Source: Azolla caroliniana
Taxonomy: Eukaryota; Plantae; Polypodiophyta
Reading direction: 5' to 3'
Assembly (NCBI GenBank): GCA_043228905.1
Contig: JBHGNT010000011.1
Location: forward strand, 744,001-808,000
Length of the DNA: 64,000 nt
The notes under the pieces were generated by a model, which did no database searches, had not been told where the DNA came from, and was given only the letters and a program-made list of their open reading frames with translations. Shown in pieces: positions 1-18,789 of the stretch; the first letter of the stretch is position 1, and every line of letters begins with the position of its first letter. A program made the position numbers and the translations under genes.

Positions 1-15
1 CCGAGCGGCAGGCAC

Positions 16-236
16 CGCTTAAATCCAGATTTAGGCGATGCACATACACATACACATACACCTATACAGTGCCTGCTTAAATCCAGATTTAGGCGATACA
101 CATACACATACACATACACATAAACATAAATCCAGATTTAGGCGATGCACATACACATACACATACACATACACATACACCTACACGTACACACACACAT
201 ACATACATACATGATACATACATACATACATACATA
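16..236. repeat. Three copies of AAATCCAGATTTAGGCGAT (~21, ~80, ~128) separated by (CATACA)n/(CATA)n microsatellite
   Basis: Read directly from sequence; copy 1 forms the imperfect palindrome CGCTTAAAT-CCAG-ATTTAGGCG. Confidence 0.85.
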
Positions 237-553
237 CTATACCACATAATCGATTACTCTGAGAAGAGAAGAGAACCTGGAGAGCTAATGTTCTGTCTCT
301 CTCTGTCTGTCTGCACATAATTTGCTTCTCACATGGATAAGTATTATTAGGGGAGCTCCTGTGAAAGCCTCTCCATCTTTTCCATCCCCCAGGATACTCG
401 CAGAAAACCAGAAGAATCATCAGGTAGCTGATTATGTACACTGCCCGCTTTCCTCCATTTCAATTGCTTCTTATCACACTCTCTGTCAGTATAAGCTGCA
501 AATGTAGCAGTGTTTGAAGTAAAAAGACAGGACTTCTATAAATCGTAGCTTTC

Positions 554-7090
<6,537 letters not shown>

Positions 7091-8011
7091 AATGTGTGGT
7101 GGATCTTTCCCTTCAATGGACACTAATGCTGCTAATTCATAATTCAACCAACCAGTGGTGAAAAGATAATGGTGCTGGGGTTGACTTGATCCGCTCAGAA
7201 TTTCTGGAAGGAATAAAAATCTTGAAAAGCAATCTCTAGCCACACATTGAAGATGAACATCTTCCCATGTAAAATGAGACAAATGCAACAAAATTATTTT
7301 AGAGCCAACAATTAATTGATTCCTGAGTCTAACTGTAGTATCATCTAGTAGATCATATTGGGCTAGCATGGATACAAAAACATTAAATTTTGAACTGAGC
7401 TGGCTAACCAAAGTTTCGATGTATAGGCTTTTGACTTCCATTACTTTTTAGAAATTTCTGCACAAGTTTCTGGATCTGCTATTTGAGTGAAAATATAATC
7501 AGTTACACTAGCTATGGAGAAAGTCCAAGTCTAGTAGACTAGCACCTTTTGGGTGGTTAAACCTAAGCTATCTCCAAGTCTCCAATCATCAAAAACCAGT
7601 CTGTGAGCTTTCTAGAACAGCCAATGTTGTGAACTAAAATATTTTCTTTTATGTATGGGTATTCTATATTAAATGTTTGACATCTGAGATGTAAACTGGC
7701 AACACATAGTTCATCCTGGCCTTGTACTACTTAAACCTCTCAAACCTTTGATCCCATATCATTGTTTCTAGCCGATTTTGCTGTCATCTTGTTGCCAATA
7801 TTCTCTTGGGCTTGTGTTGTGCTCTTTTCTTCCCATTTTAAAAATTCTGTTTACTATGTTTTCACTACTGTCCATGGCTTATATCATATGATTTTTCTAC
7901 TATGAGTGACTTGGAAATAGCTAATGCTGATCCATCCAATATCTGACCAATGGATGATTACGTTATAGTTACCCTGAGTTCTTTAAAATCGAGTATTGGA
8001 TGACAAACAGA

Positions 8012-8592
8012 TGTTAGTATTTCTTTTATTGATCAGATCATGTGCAAGAATTTCCCTCAGTATAAAATATAGGCACTGATGTACCACCTCTTGCTCTCTA
8101 AATAAATTTGCTCCTCGCTACTTTTTGGCTTCATACAGCATATCCATTGGTACATAATGAAATACACGAGTCATCTTGCTGTGTACACGAACTATTGAAG
8201 TCATCTTGTATAGAACTTTATTGCGAGGTCTTTTCAGATGAACTTCCATACCATGTCCCCCTTTTCTTTACAAGGGCCATGGCCCATAAACCTAAGGGTC
8301 TGGCACACCTTATGTGTTACTCTTCTCTTGCATACTACGAAGGTTTTCTGTCCTTCCTCTTCACTTCACAAATTTAAACATGAACCCTTGACCTTGATGG
8401 AACTGTGTGCATATATGATGGAGAACAATTTTTGGTAGCATAAGCATGATGATCTTAAGTCATAGGGGATGGTGAAGATTTGGGCTTCCTGTCCCATATC
8501 ACACTTCGTTTGAGCTTCTACCTTATTTATACTAGGTTAGGTTGGGTCCGATAAATGAGTATAGTTGAGTTCCGGTTTAGGAAAGATCAACA
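8012..8592 (-). mobile_element. Possible LTR-like fragment immediately downstream of the PPR stop codon
   Basis: Ends TGTT...AACA; minus strand starts TGTTGATC and has TATAAATA at ~8524-8531. No TSD found; left boundary uncertain. Confidence 0.28.
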
Positions 8593-8604
8593 AAAACAAT
8601 CAAG

Positions 8605-11600
8605 TCACACAATGAGCTCGGAAATTTGTGCAGCCATTGCAACCTCTCTCTCAGCATAGATATTTGACATCAGCACATATGAAGCAGTAGACTGTTTGGG
8701 CTGTAAAATAAGTGCTCGAGCAAATGCACGCTCCCCAACTTCAACATTTCCATGAATACGGCATGCACCTAAGAGGGACAACCATATAGCATAATCAGCC
8801 TCGATTGGGATCTTCTCTAGAATGTATTCAGCTCTTCTGAAGTCACCTGCCCGCCCAAGGAGGTCTACCATTATGCCATAATGCTTCAAATCTACATGGC
8901 AACCACACACTCTGACCATGTACATGAAGTATTCAAAACCTTTGACAGCAAGGCCTGCATGACTACAAGCCCCGAGAACAGAGATAAATGTTACTTCATC
9001 GGCTTTGGCACCCATCAATTGCAACTCTTCAAACTTATGCAGGCTTGCTGTGCAATCCCCTTCTGCTGCATTGCTGGCAATACATGCATTGCAGGATGGA
9101 ATATATGCTTCCCGAAGCATATTAAAGGATGCGTCGGCATCTTGGACACTCGCACCACTCCCATAAGCATGAATCAGAGCTACAGATAAGGTAAGATTCA
9201 GATCATAACCATAAACTACAATAATGAAATGTTGATGTTTACACATTTCCAAGCTCCCTATGTCACTGCACACTTGCAGCATGCACATTAGTGTAACTTC
9301 ATCATGAGTTGCACCTTCTTTTTGCATTTTTTTGTACAACTCAAATGCCTTCTCTCCTTGCCCCTGTTCAATGTATGCTGAGAGCATCGCAGTCCACGAG
9401 ATTGGATCCTTTTGAGACATTGCAACAAACACATCCTCTGCTTCCGGAATAGTTCCACATTTACCATACATACTCAAGACAGTATTATTAATGGAGATAT
9501 CAGAAGTATAGCCTTTACTTTTTGCATCACCGTGTATTCTTTGTCCAATTTCATAATACATAGTTTTGGTATTCTCCCTCTCGGAAAGAGTGCTACAAGC
9601 TTGAAGTGCTATTGCATAAGTCAGCTCATCTGGGTTAAAGCCCTCAGCTTGCATCTGTTTGAATAACTGCAAAACCCTCTCTCCTTGATCAATATATGCT
9701 GAGAGCATCACATTCCAAGATATTCCATCCCGGTAGACCATACCGGCAAAGATATTCTCTGCATGGTTAATGGCCCCACATTTCCCATACATACTCACAA
9801 GAGTATTGTTGATAAAGACATTTGATGCAAATCCCTTTTTTCGAGCATCAGCATGTAAAGCTAACCCAATTTCAAGTGGCACTACTTTCATAAATTGATC
9901 ATTCACAACAGAAGTTTCTTCCTTCTCAGCAAAGGTGCCACATGCTTGAAGCGCCACCACAAATGTATGCTGGTCTGCATGCACACCCTCCTTTTGCATC
10001 TGCCTATACAATTTCAAAGCTTTCTCACCAAGATCCTGCTCGGCATATGCAGATAGCATAGCTGTCCAGGACCTGACATCATGCTGGCCACATAAAGCAC
10101 CAAAAACTTCCTCTGCAAGAAGAATGGCACCACACCTGCTGTACATCCTTATGAGGGCGTCACCAACAATGGTATCTGAAGTGAATGACAGAGTTTGAGC
10201 ATCTAAGTGCAATCGTCGTCCAATCTCCAGTGTTGTCGCTTTAACAAGTTCCCCATCAATGATTATAGCCTCTTCTTTGTCGGCAAGTTGTCCACATGCC
10301 TGGAGAGTCATAATGAATGCTAAATGGTCAGGAATTACTTTCTCGTCTTTCATCTTCCTGTACAAACATAATGCCGTTTCTCCTTGCTTGTGTTCAACAT
10401 AAGCCGAAAGCAAAGCATTCCATGATACGATGTCCCTATTGGAGATCTTAGAGAAAACATCCTCTGCATCAGTGATGATCCCACACTTTCCATATATTCT
10501 AATCAGAGTGTTACTGATGAAAATATCAGATGCAAAGTTCAATCTTTGAGCATCAGCATGTAATGCCTTGGCAATCTCTACGGAAACGACTTTGATTCGT
10601 TGTCCCTCAACTTCAAAGCCTTCTTCTTTCTCGGCAAGGGCACCACATGCTTGAAGAGCAATTGTAAATGAGTATTGATCTCCAACTGTACTTTCTTCCT
10701 GCATGTGCCTATAAAGTTGTAAAGCCTTCTTTTCTTGTTCATTATCGAAGTACGCAGAAATCATCACATTCCATGCCACATTATTATGCTGATGCAATGC
10801 GGCTGAGAACACATGCTCTGCCTCTGCAATAGCATAACACTTGCTGTACATATGTACAAGGGAGGTAAACATGAAGGCACCTGATTCAAATCCGCCACAT
10901 CGAGCATCCGCATGTAAAGACTTCCCAATTTCTAGAGATGCCATATTAATCAATTCTCCCACTTGCTTCTCGGCAAGGGTACTGCATGCCTGAATAGCAA
11001 TCACAAACATTAGTTGATCAATTATTACCCTCTCCTCATGCATCTGTCTATACAAATGCAAAGCCTTCTCTGCCATGCCTTGCTCAACATATGCAGCGAG
11101 CATTGCATTCCATGCCACTACATCACGTTGAAATAATGTACCAAACACATTCTCTGCTTCTGTAATGGCCCCACATTTTCCATACATACTCACCAGTGTG
11201 GTGCAGAGGATAGTGTCTACCCCAAATCCCATCCTTCTAGCTTCATCATGAAAGATCCTACCTTTTTCAAGGTCTGAAGTGCTACCACAAGCTTTCAGAA
11301 GGCTAACAAATGTGTAATGGTTCGGTCTTACATCATCCTCTTGCATAAATTGAAAGAGTGCAACTGCTTCTCGCCCTCGACCAAGTTCAGTATACGCAGA
11401 TATCAATGCTGTCCATGAGTACACCGTCCGGTGGGGCAATTTACGAGCTATATCAAGGGCATCTTCAATGGCACCACATTTTGCAAATGTCATTACCAAA
11501 TAGTCATTGATATAGGTATTGAATTTCCACTCGCTTTGAACAAGATGTGAATAGACACGCTTAACTTGAACAAGGGCCTTTCTCTTCTGACAAGCTCGAA

Positions 11601-11733
11601 GAAGGCAAAGGTAAGTATCAGGGGAGGGGCCAGAGCCATCCATGTAGGAAAGAACTTCGAAGGCCCTCTCCAACTGCCCATCATTGCATAGAGCTCTCAA
11701 ACTATCATTCTGACCCATGCATCTATAGCGCAT
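8605..11733 (-). CDS. PLS-class PPR protein with E domain and no DYW domain (organellar RNA-editing factor type), 1042 aa, intronless
   Basis: Repeated triplets (LVSMYGKCG / VAWNAMLAAY / FxxALQAC); terminal TFISVLGACSHAG, HYGIMVDLLGRAG, IWLSLLGACRIHGN, SYVLMSNIYA, then stop. Confidence 0.95.
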   Translation of the reverse strand: MRYRCMGQNDSLRALCNDGQLERAFEVLSYMDGSGPSPDTYLCLLRACQKRKALVQVKRVYSHLVQSEWKFNTYINDYLVMTFAKCGAIEDALDIARKLPHRTVYSWTALISAYTELGRGREAVALFQFMQEDDVRPNHYTFVSLLKACGSTSDLEKGRIFHDEARRMGFGVDTILCTTLVSMYGKCGAITEAENVFGTLFQRDVVAWNAMLAAYVEQGMAEKALHLYRQMHEERVIIDQLMFVIAIQACSTLAEKQVGELINMASLEIGKSLHADARCGGFESGAFMFTSLVHMYSKCYAIAEAEHVFSAALHQHNNVAWNVMISAYFDNEQEKKALQLYRHMQEESTVGDQYSFTIALQACGALAEKEEGFEVEGQRIKVVSVEIAKALHADAQRLNFASDIFISNTLIRIYGKCGIITDAEDVFSKISNRDIVSWNALLSAYVEHKQGETALCLYRKMKDEKVIPDHLAFIMTLQACGQLADKEEAIIIDGELVKATTLEIGRRLHLDAQTLSFTSDTIVGDALIRMYSRCGAILLAEEVFGALCGQHDVRSWTAMLSAYAEQDLGEKALKLYRQMQKEGVHADQHTFVVALQACGTFAEKEETSVVNDQFMKVVPLEIGLALHADARKKGFASNVFINNTLVSMYGKCGAINHAENIFAGMVYRDGISWNVMLSAYIDQGERVLQLFKQMQAEGFNPDELTYAIALQACSTLSERENTKTMYYEIGQRIHGDAKSKGYTSDISINNTVLSMYGKCGTIPEAEDVFVAMSQKDPISWTAMLSAYIEQGQGEKAFELYKKMQKEGATHDEVTLMCMLQVCSDIGSLEMCKHQHFIIVVYGYDLNLTLSVALIHAYGSGASVQDADASFNMLREAYIPSCNACIASNAAEGDCTASLHKFEELQLMGAKADEVTFISVLGACSHAGLAVKGFEYFMYMVRVCGCHVDLKHYGIMVDLLGRAGDFRRAEYILEKIPIEADYAIWLSLLGACRIHGNVEVGERAFARALILQPKQSTASYVLMSNIYAEREVAMAAQISELIV

Positions 11734-13525
11734 TTCTTGCCCTAAATCATCACATCATGGTCCCTTAACCTGACATGTATCCATCATATTATACACCCGA
11801 CATGATGTATCACATCACAGTCATCCATCACATGCATCACCTTAAGGTCATTTAGCATATTTCACCCCATGCTCCCTTCACAGGGTATCCATCGCATTTG
11901 ACCCTACATCATGTCAAACGGTCCCTTCACATGCCATCTATCATATTCATAAATCGAACACAATACAAGGCAGACACTAAATCCGAGCTTCCATATCCTC
12001 TGTTTTCCCTTTCTCTGTTGACGTCCTAACAGAGCGAGCAATACAGAGGGGTTGGATCGTGCAGTACTCACATGTCGCCTAAGAAAGAGTGAAATCGGAA
12101 CCACGCACTGCAAAGCCCGGAGAACATAAGGACCCATCAGGCCATGGAAGGCAATAAAACTCAGAGATGGCATCCTACATGACTGTTACTATGCTTAGAG
12201 AAGAAGAAGCATGATCACACAAGAGCAGTAGTGTCAAGTTATTCTGATACACATTTGTTGATTTACAGGGTTCATTGGCAAAATGCAGCTTGGAGAAGGT
12301 CTATGTGAAGGAAAGCAAGAGATCTTCAAGTGAGTGTTCGGAGCCATGGACTCTCGACAAACCCTAGAGTCTCAAAGTATGAATGGGAGGGACATAGAGA
12401 CATTTGCCTATATATCGAGCATCCTCCTATGGACTGGACTTCGAGGTCCGAAAGACATTACAGGAGGCCACTATGGAAGACGGAATGTGTAAATCATGCC
12501 ATAGGAATGGTCGTTGAGACGAAAAAATGGTACATGTGTGCATGCTCTATGTGCTAAGAGTCTAAAATCACATAAAGCTACAACTTTCCTCGCGTAGATA
12601 TGTCCCGAGTAGAACTCAATTTGCCTTTCTCTCATTGTTGCCTGGCACCTTCATGAAGGCGAGTTGACTTTATCCTTGAATGATATTGTTGGTTATGAAA
12701 AGTTTGTATTGTTTACAATTCAATGTGTCAATGCCGCATATGGATTGAAAATGATGAATACCTTACAAATAATAATGCTCTAGCAAGTATATGCTTTGGA
12801 CGTTTATACATGGAATACTTCCATTTGATCATAGGTTTGTTTTTTCTTCACATATGTTCACTTCTATGGTGTTATTTTCACTGATGTAGAAACACAAACT
12901 CATGAATTTTGTCAAGGTAAACTCTACAACTAGATAACTTTTCTCTAACATTTTTCTTTTTTTTTGCGATAAATACTCAATTCAGATGAGAGCAATGAAG
13001 TTAAATTCACGATTTCTCTGCTTCAATAGGACTAGAGATCCATTGCTGTGCATGTTGTATAAAAGTCCTTCTTCAAGCATAATTGATGTTTAGCTTTGAT
13101 CAAAACCCAAATTAGCATAACAGATTTTAAATAAAGTCAGACTTTATCTTTCAGTTTCAACAAGCAGAATTGCAGATTACTTTTAAAAGGTAGTGTTTCT
13201 AAGGTTAAAATGTAATGTAGTGAGTGTTGAAATGGATTCTCACATTATAAATAGATAAAAGATATTATTTTGATATGTTGAATGGATGACATTAAAATAA
13301 CTAAGAGCTTTAAAGGAGACACGGTCCTGTTATCAATTCTGCATGGCTAGCTAGTATGTCTACTTTAATGTGTTGCTGAGATAATGATCTTTATGTAGAA
13401 ATGCTTTTGGTACTATGGTGCATATACTTTCTGTAACCTTGTCAAGAAGGATCCTATAAGAGGGTACATCATGGAAACTATACCATATAACTTTAGTAAG
13501 AATAATTGTTGGACGAGAAATAACT

Positions 13526-13548
13526 TGTGTGTGTGTGTGTGTGTGTGT
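13526..13548. repeat. (TG)n microsatellite
   Basis: Read directly from sequence. Confidence 0.9.
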
Positions 13549-13570
13549 ATTTATATATACAAGAATGGTT

Positions 13571-16500
13571 TCACTTGCTTCCCTTGAAGAATCTGGCGAA
13601 ACTTCCGGCTGCCTCTTTCAATTTGTTTCTTCGATGTGATGCCACATTGTGGCTAGCCTCAAGAGCCTCTCCTGTATGATGAGTCATGAATCGTGAAGAA
13701 ATTCCACGGCCATCGGGTGAGTTTGGGTTGCTACTTGGTACTGAACCAATACGAACCATCTTACCTTTCCTTTTAATTTGCACCTTGCTGTCATAACTTT
13801 GGTTCATCAAATCACTATTTTCCAATATAGGTTGTTCTTCTACTATATCAGAATCCCCAGATATATTATAGCTCCTATTTGGCCAGTAGGATGTGCTTTG
13901 ATCAACAAATCGACTCTCGGCCTTCAAGGGAGACCCGAAGGTTCCTTGAGGTATTGATAGAGGAGACTCGGATTGATTGGATTGAATACATTCCATTTTC
14001 TCCAATAGAGCACCGTGCCTTGCGGAGTGGCGTTTCATGCCACTTTGAATTGCTGTTTTTTGTGATCTCTGAGATGGCAATATGTCATTGGTGGGCAGGG
14101 TTTCAGATTTTGTGTTGCGGCCATTGTTTGCATCATCATCATCATCATCATTATCATTATAATCAGCAAACCACGTTTGTCTACTGGTCAAAGTACTCTC
14201 GAAATCAGCATTCTCTGCAGTAATATCATCGAGTAGAACAGGGCTCTGAGTGACACTTGTTCCAGTGCAAGATGCATGGAATGTAGTGCAAGACCCACCA
14301 TCAGATGGGGCAGGACCAAGCTGTAGCAAAGCAGCAGTTAACCAAGTGGTTCTGTCATTCGAAATCCTCACTTGTTTCTCGGCCTCTGAAAGAGTTTTCA
14401 TTGCCGTTCGCAACCATTCAAGCTTTTCGTCCGAAACTACTCTCAAAAAGAAAAATGTACTCATTATTCGTTCACGGTTCTCAAATGATACAGAAAGAAC
14501 TTTAAAACATGCACAAGACAAAGAAACTAGGGTGCAGCGAGAAGAAACCTTTGCTGAAGAACCCATGTCTTTGTTTTTCTGTAAATTTAAAGCTTCCGGC
14601 AAGAATGTCTGCAATTAAGGTTGCAAGTCTTGCCATCAAAGAGAGTGGTTCTATGCCCGAATCTATGAGTTCTCGGACTTTCCGTACTGTGCTCATAGTG
14701 TCGGCCCGAAGTGCACAATCCAGCAAGTTTAACATCCGTTCATCGGAGGCAGAACCCACCTTGAATATATACAGATCTACCCATCACAATATGTAAACCC
14801 TCTATATCACATGCATTCAACTCCTATTTGAAAACAAACTTCTGCATGGATTACTTATGAATAAAATGCACCCTTTTCCTATTTGATCTATATATTATTT
14901 CACGTATGAATGGCACTACTTTTCTGTATATACACAATGTCTAAAAGAGATGCTTAAGTAAACTCTTCTGTGGAACTCGTGTGGTATTACCTTGTGGTTG
15001 CAAGCGGGATTCAAGAAAAGTGAGAACAGTCACTAGAACACGCCACTTTAAAAGGTTATGATGGGAAAAAAGGTGGAATGGATACAATATACCAAATTCT
15101 TCAAAATTTGCATAATTTTCTCATCATTTTCCTATTACTTTCATGCATACTCAGCCAATATGTACAGAAATATATCCCAACAACCCCAAGTAACTAGCAC
15201 AGAAGATGGATTGCGTACTTAACATCGTGGCACATAAGGCTTACCTATCTAAGTGCCTACTATGCCACCCGTGTTAAGCTAATTCTTTTGTTCCGTCTTG
15301 AATTTTGACATTCCAAAAGCTAAACGCAAGTTGATTGAATCCATTCAATGAAAGATTGATCATACCAATTCATAAACTGTGGAAGAATTGATCTGCTGCC
15401 CCAGCAAGCTGAGTTGATCTAGAATCGTCTCAGCATCTCGAAGAGAGCCATCGGAGCGGGAGGCAATCAGCCTTAAGGTATCAGAATCCACCTCAAGATT
15501 CTCCATTCCAGAAAGTTCCTCAAGCCTCTTCACGATATCCGCTTCTTTGATTTTAGGGAAAGGAAACTTCTGACATCTCGAAACTGCCGTCTGTGGAAGT
15601 TGGTCAGGGTCGGTCGTAACAAGAATGAATACCACATTCACAGGAGGCTCCTCGAGGATCTTTAAGAGTGCATTCCATGTCTCCGATGTGAGCACATGGC
15701 ATTCATCAATGATAAACACTTTGTAACGAGATCGGGGAGGAGCAAAGATAGTTTCTTCCAGAAGTGCCTTCACTCTTTCGATCCCATTGTTGCTTGCAGC
15801 ATCCACCTCCTTGACTTCAGAGCATTTCCCCATCGCCACATCTATACATTCTCTACAAATTCCACAAGGTCTCTTCACAGTACTCTTCAAATCAAGAATT
15901 GATGAGGACGAAGAAGCACAAACAAGAGCTGCAGCAAAAATTCTTGCTGCCGATGTTTTTCCGGTTCCACGTGAACCTTGGAACAGGTATACTGGAGCAA
16001 TCTTCGCTTTGGAAATAGCATTTGAGAGAGCTCGGGTTACAAGGCTTTGCCCAACCACTTCTTCGAACATCTTAGGTCTATACTTCTGACTCAAATTCCG
16101 AGGCTTGTAATCGCATAGAGCAAGGAGCTCCTTGCATTGAATATGATCTGGAACATGAGTGAGCTGAAGTTCTTCTACCTTCTTGGATGCTCCTTCTTCG
16201 GCGCTAATTCCATCACTCTCCACTTCAACCCCACTGTAAGTAAATGTTTCCTTTTGCTCATTGACAAAGGGAATCGTCTGCAAATTCGACCTTCTAACAC
16301 TAGGGTTCGACTCATGTGGCCGACCTGCTTGCTTTAAAATGTAGCCTTTTCTTCGGGAAGAGGTATTCTCTTGCCCATCATGATGCAATACAACATGGTC
16401 AGGTTCTTGTTGATGTTTGGGATGCTTATTCCGATGCCGTACTCTGCCACTTTCTTCTGAGGCAACCTCGTGGCGCCAATATGACTGGCCAGGCATTGAA

Positions 16501-17198
16501 TTGCTTCTAGGGTGATTAGGATTTATAAATATGGACTGTTGTTGGTTTCTAACACGTGTCCTCGCTTGTAGCGGAACATATCGTGATCCCACTTTATGAA
16601 ATGAACCCATACTAGGCTGCAATTCATTCACTTCTTGCCCATGTTCTTCTACTTCTTCTTGCATATACGTCTCATCATCATCATCATTCTCATCATCCAT
16701 GTCATCGTCATCTTCATCGTACGGGTCCTCCTCCAAAGTAAAGAAAGATTTGGATCGATTGAGTTTCTGCAAATTGTGGTCTGTGGAGTTGTTTAAAGCC
16801 AAAGGCGATAGTAAGATTTGCGCGCTTTGTCTGCATAGCTTTTCATGAGCTTTTGACAATCCTAACCTTGAAACTGCTTGTGAAGATCTCCTCGATCTTA
16901 ATCTGAATTCATCTTCATCATAGTCATCACCATCACTATTATCATGGATGTAGTCGTCATCATCATCATCATCATTTTCACATGATGAAGGAGGAGGAGC
17001 TGGTCTCATATTTGGCCAGTTGTGCAGGTTAATGCAATTAGTACTACATGAGGCCTTGCTATGATTCTGCTTAAAGCTAGCACTAGTTAAGATGCCAAGC
17101 TTCTCGAGACGATCCTTGAAATCGTCGGTTTCTCTGACAAACCCAGATCCTCTCTCATGATGCCGATAAGGATACTGATCAGAAGTGTACTGATTCAT
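13571..17198 (-). CDS. STICHEL-like protein (DNA pol III gamma/tau, DnaX-like AAA+ clamp-loader fold), 3 exons
   Basis: Exons 17198-15366, 14759-14549 and 14436 (or 14439)-13571. LSQKYRPKMFEEVVGQ, Walker A GSRGTGKTS, CGICREC, DAASN, Walker B IIDECH, SRC and DGSLRDAE motifs; STI-family C-terminal KTLSEAEKQVRISNDRTTWLTAALLQL; acidic low-complexity N-terminus. Confidence 0.9.
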
Positions 17199-17227
17199 GG
17201 TAGATCAGAATGCGACCACGTCCACTA

Positions 17228-17329
17228 CAATTCAAATGCTCTGCTCCCTTCTCTCAGTTTCTCCTATATACAATTCAAAATGCTCTGCTCCCTTCTCTCA
17301 GTTTCTCCTACACAATTCAAAATGCTCTG
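17228..17329. repeat. ~42-43 bp tandem repeat, about 2.4 copies, just upstream of the STICHEL-like ATG
   Basis: CAATTCAAA(A)TGCTCTGCTCCCTTCTCTCAGTTTCTCCTA repeated. Confidence 0.85.
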
Positions 17330-17628
17330 TTTTTCTCTGTGCCGGTGGGGGAAGGGGATGCTCTGCTCCAATGGCAGCAGCATGTGAAATGCAGAGGGAA
17401 GAGCAGCAGCTATGGAGGCTTGGCTTTTCTTCACATTATTAGCCTCCTTCTCACTTGTTCTTGTTTTTTGTTGTGGGCTCAGGGCTGTCAATGTCATGGA
17501 ATGAATCCCAACTAACCAACCCCTTCCTTCGGTTGGTCGGACCGGACCGGACTTGACCGGACTAGTCTTGACCAGACCGGACCAACTAGACACGACCGGA
17601 CTGAACCAGCCTCGGACACCCCAAATTC

Positions 17629-17702
17629 GGGCCCATTTGTTGCTCCCCTTTCGACCGACCTACGATGCTTGCATTGCCCGTTCGTTCCTCGATTTAGGGT
17701 TT
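17629..17702 (-). promoter_or_regulatory. Site II-like (TGGGCC) and telo-box (AAACCCTAA) motifs upstream of the STICHEL-like gene
   Basis: GGGCCCA at 17629-17635 and TTAGGGTTT at 17694-17702; this pairing is a known plant module for growth/cell-cycle genes. Function inferred. Confidence 0.45.
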
Positions 17703-18789
17703 TGGAGTTTTGGGTTTTGGGTTTAGCTATTCCGTCAGTTCCTTGGTCGATCCTAAAAGAAAATACACTTTCCTCCCCTGCCCGAAGAAAGAGCCCATGG
17801 TACGTTCGCGACCCATTTTTATCGACAAGGGCATCGGTCCGATGAAGGCATGCTCCCATCGATTGGTTTTGTTGAGGTCTTTTGAAACTATTGGCAACCC
17901 TCTTGCGTTGAACTGCTCGACATTGTGGATATATCTACATGATACCCACGGTTTCAAACGTTTAATACATTGGATTACGAAAACTAATGTTGTGTGTGTA
18001 TCTCTATGCATGTATGGATGGATGTACATACATGTCCGAGCGCATGTGCTTTGTATACCTTTTTGTGTGTGTGTGTGCATGTACTTATCAGAATGATCAT
18101 GATGCACAATGTCAAATCTCCTAAATCTCCTCCAACAATGTGAACACACACGCACAAAATGTCTGAAAAACGTACATATTATGTACATATTGAGGACCCA
18201 ACCACCTTGATTCGCATGATTTTACAAATATGGAAATCACTTGACACTTAAAGAGGGAGTGATTTAAAACACTTTTTGCAATTGAGAATGTTGATGAATT
18301 TATGTTTGCTTTTACGGCCACATTATTCTCCAATGTTAGGGATGCAACCATATGTATGTATTAAAGATACATAATGCGTAATAATGCTTGTGGGGCATAA
18401 TAAATGCGTATCGCACAATATATTTGGTTCATGTCTCTCAAAACATTTAACCGATGACTTTCATGACGTGTACCTTTAACAACTTTCATGAGATGTAAAA
18501 TTCGCAATCGCAACTACGTTAGTATTTGTCGTCAATTATTTCTTACAAGTTCGTTGTGTATCTAGTTGTGCTAATCTAAAACAGAAGGCCGCATGTGCAA
18601 CTCTATATCAAAGATAGATTATTATTATTATGGAATTTGGCCCACAATGTTCAAATAATGTTTTTTCTTTTTTCCCAAACAACATATCCTTCCATTAGTT
18701 TTAAAAAGGCATATCAACGACAAAATACAAAATAGTTGGAAAGGAAGTGACTATCCTTCCCAAGCCCATCTTGTGTAAGACAATGGCTA

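Noticed and set aside
16-180. CRISPR-like array (palindromic repeat x3)
   Set aside because: Spacers are microsatellite, repeats are only ~19 bp, there are no cas genes and the context is eukaryotic.
322-507. TTG-start ORF as the FtsHi1 N-terminus
   Set aside because: No in-frame ATG; the ATG at 554 with exons 554-576 and 684-781 gives a phase-consistent model.
15366-16100. Bacterial dnaX by contamination or recent horizontal transfer
   Set aside because: Spliceosomal introns and STICHEL-specific motifs show it is the known plant nuclear family.
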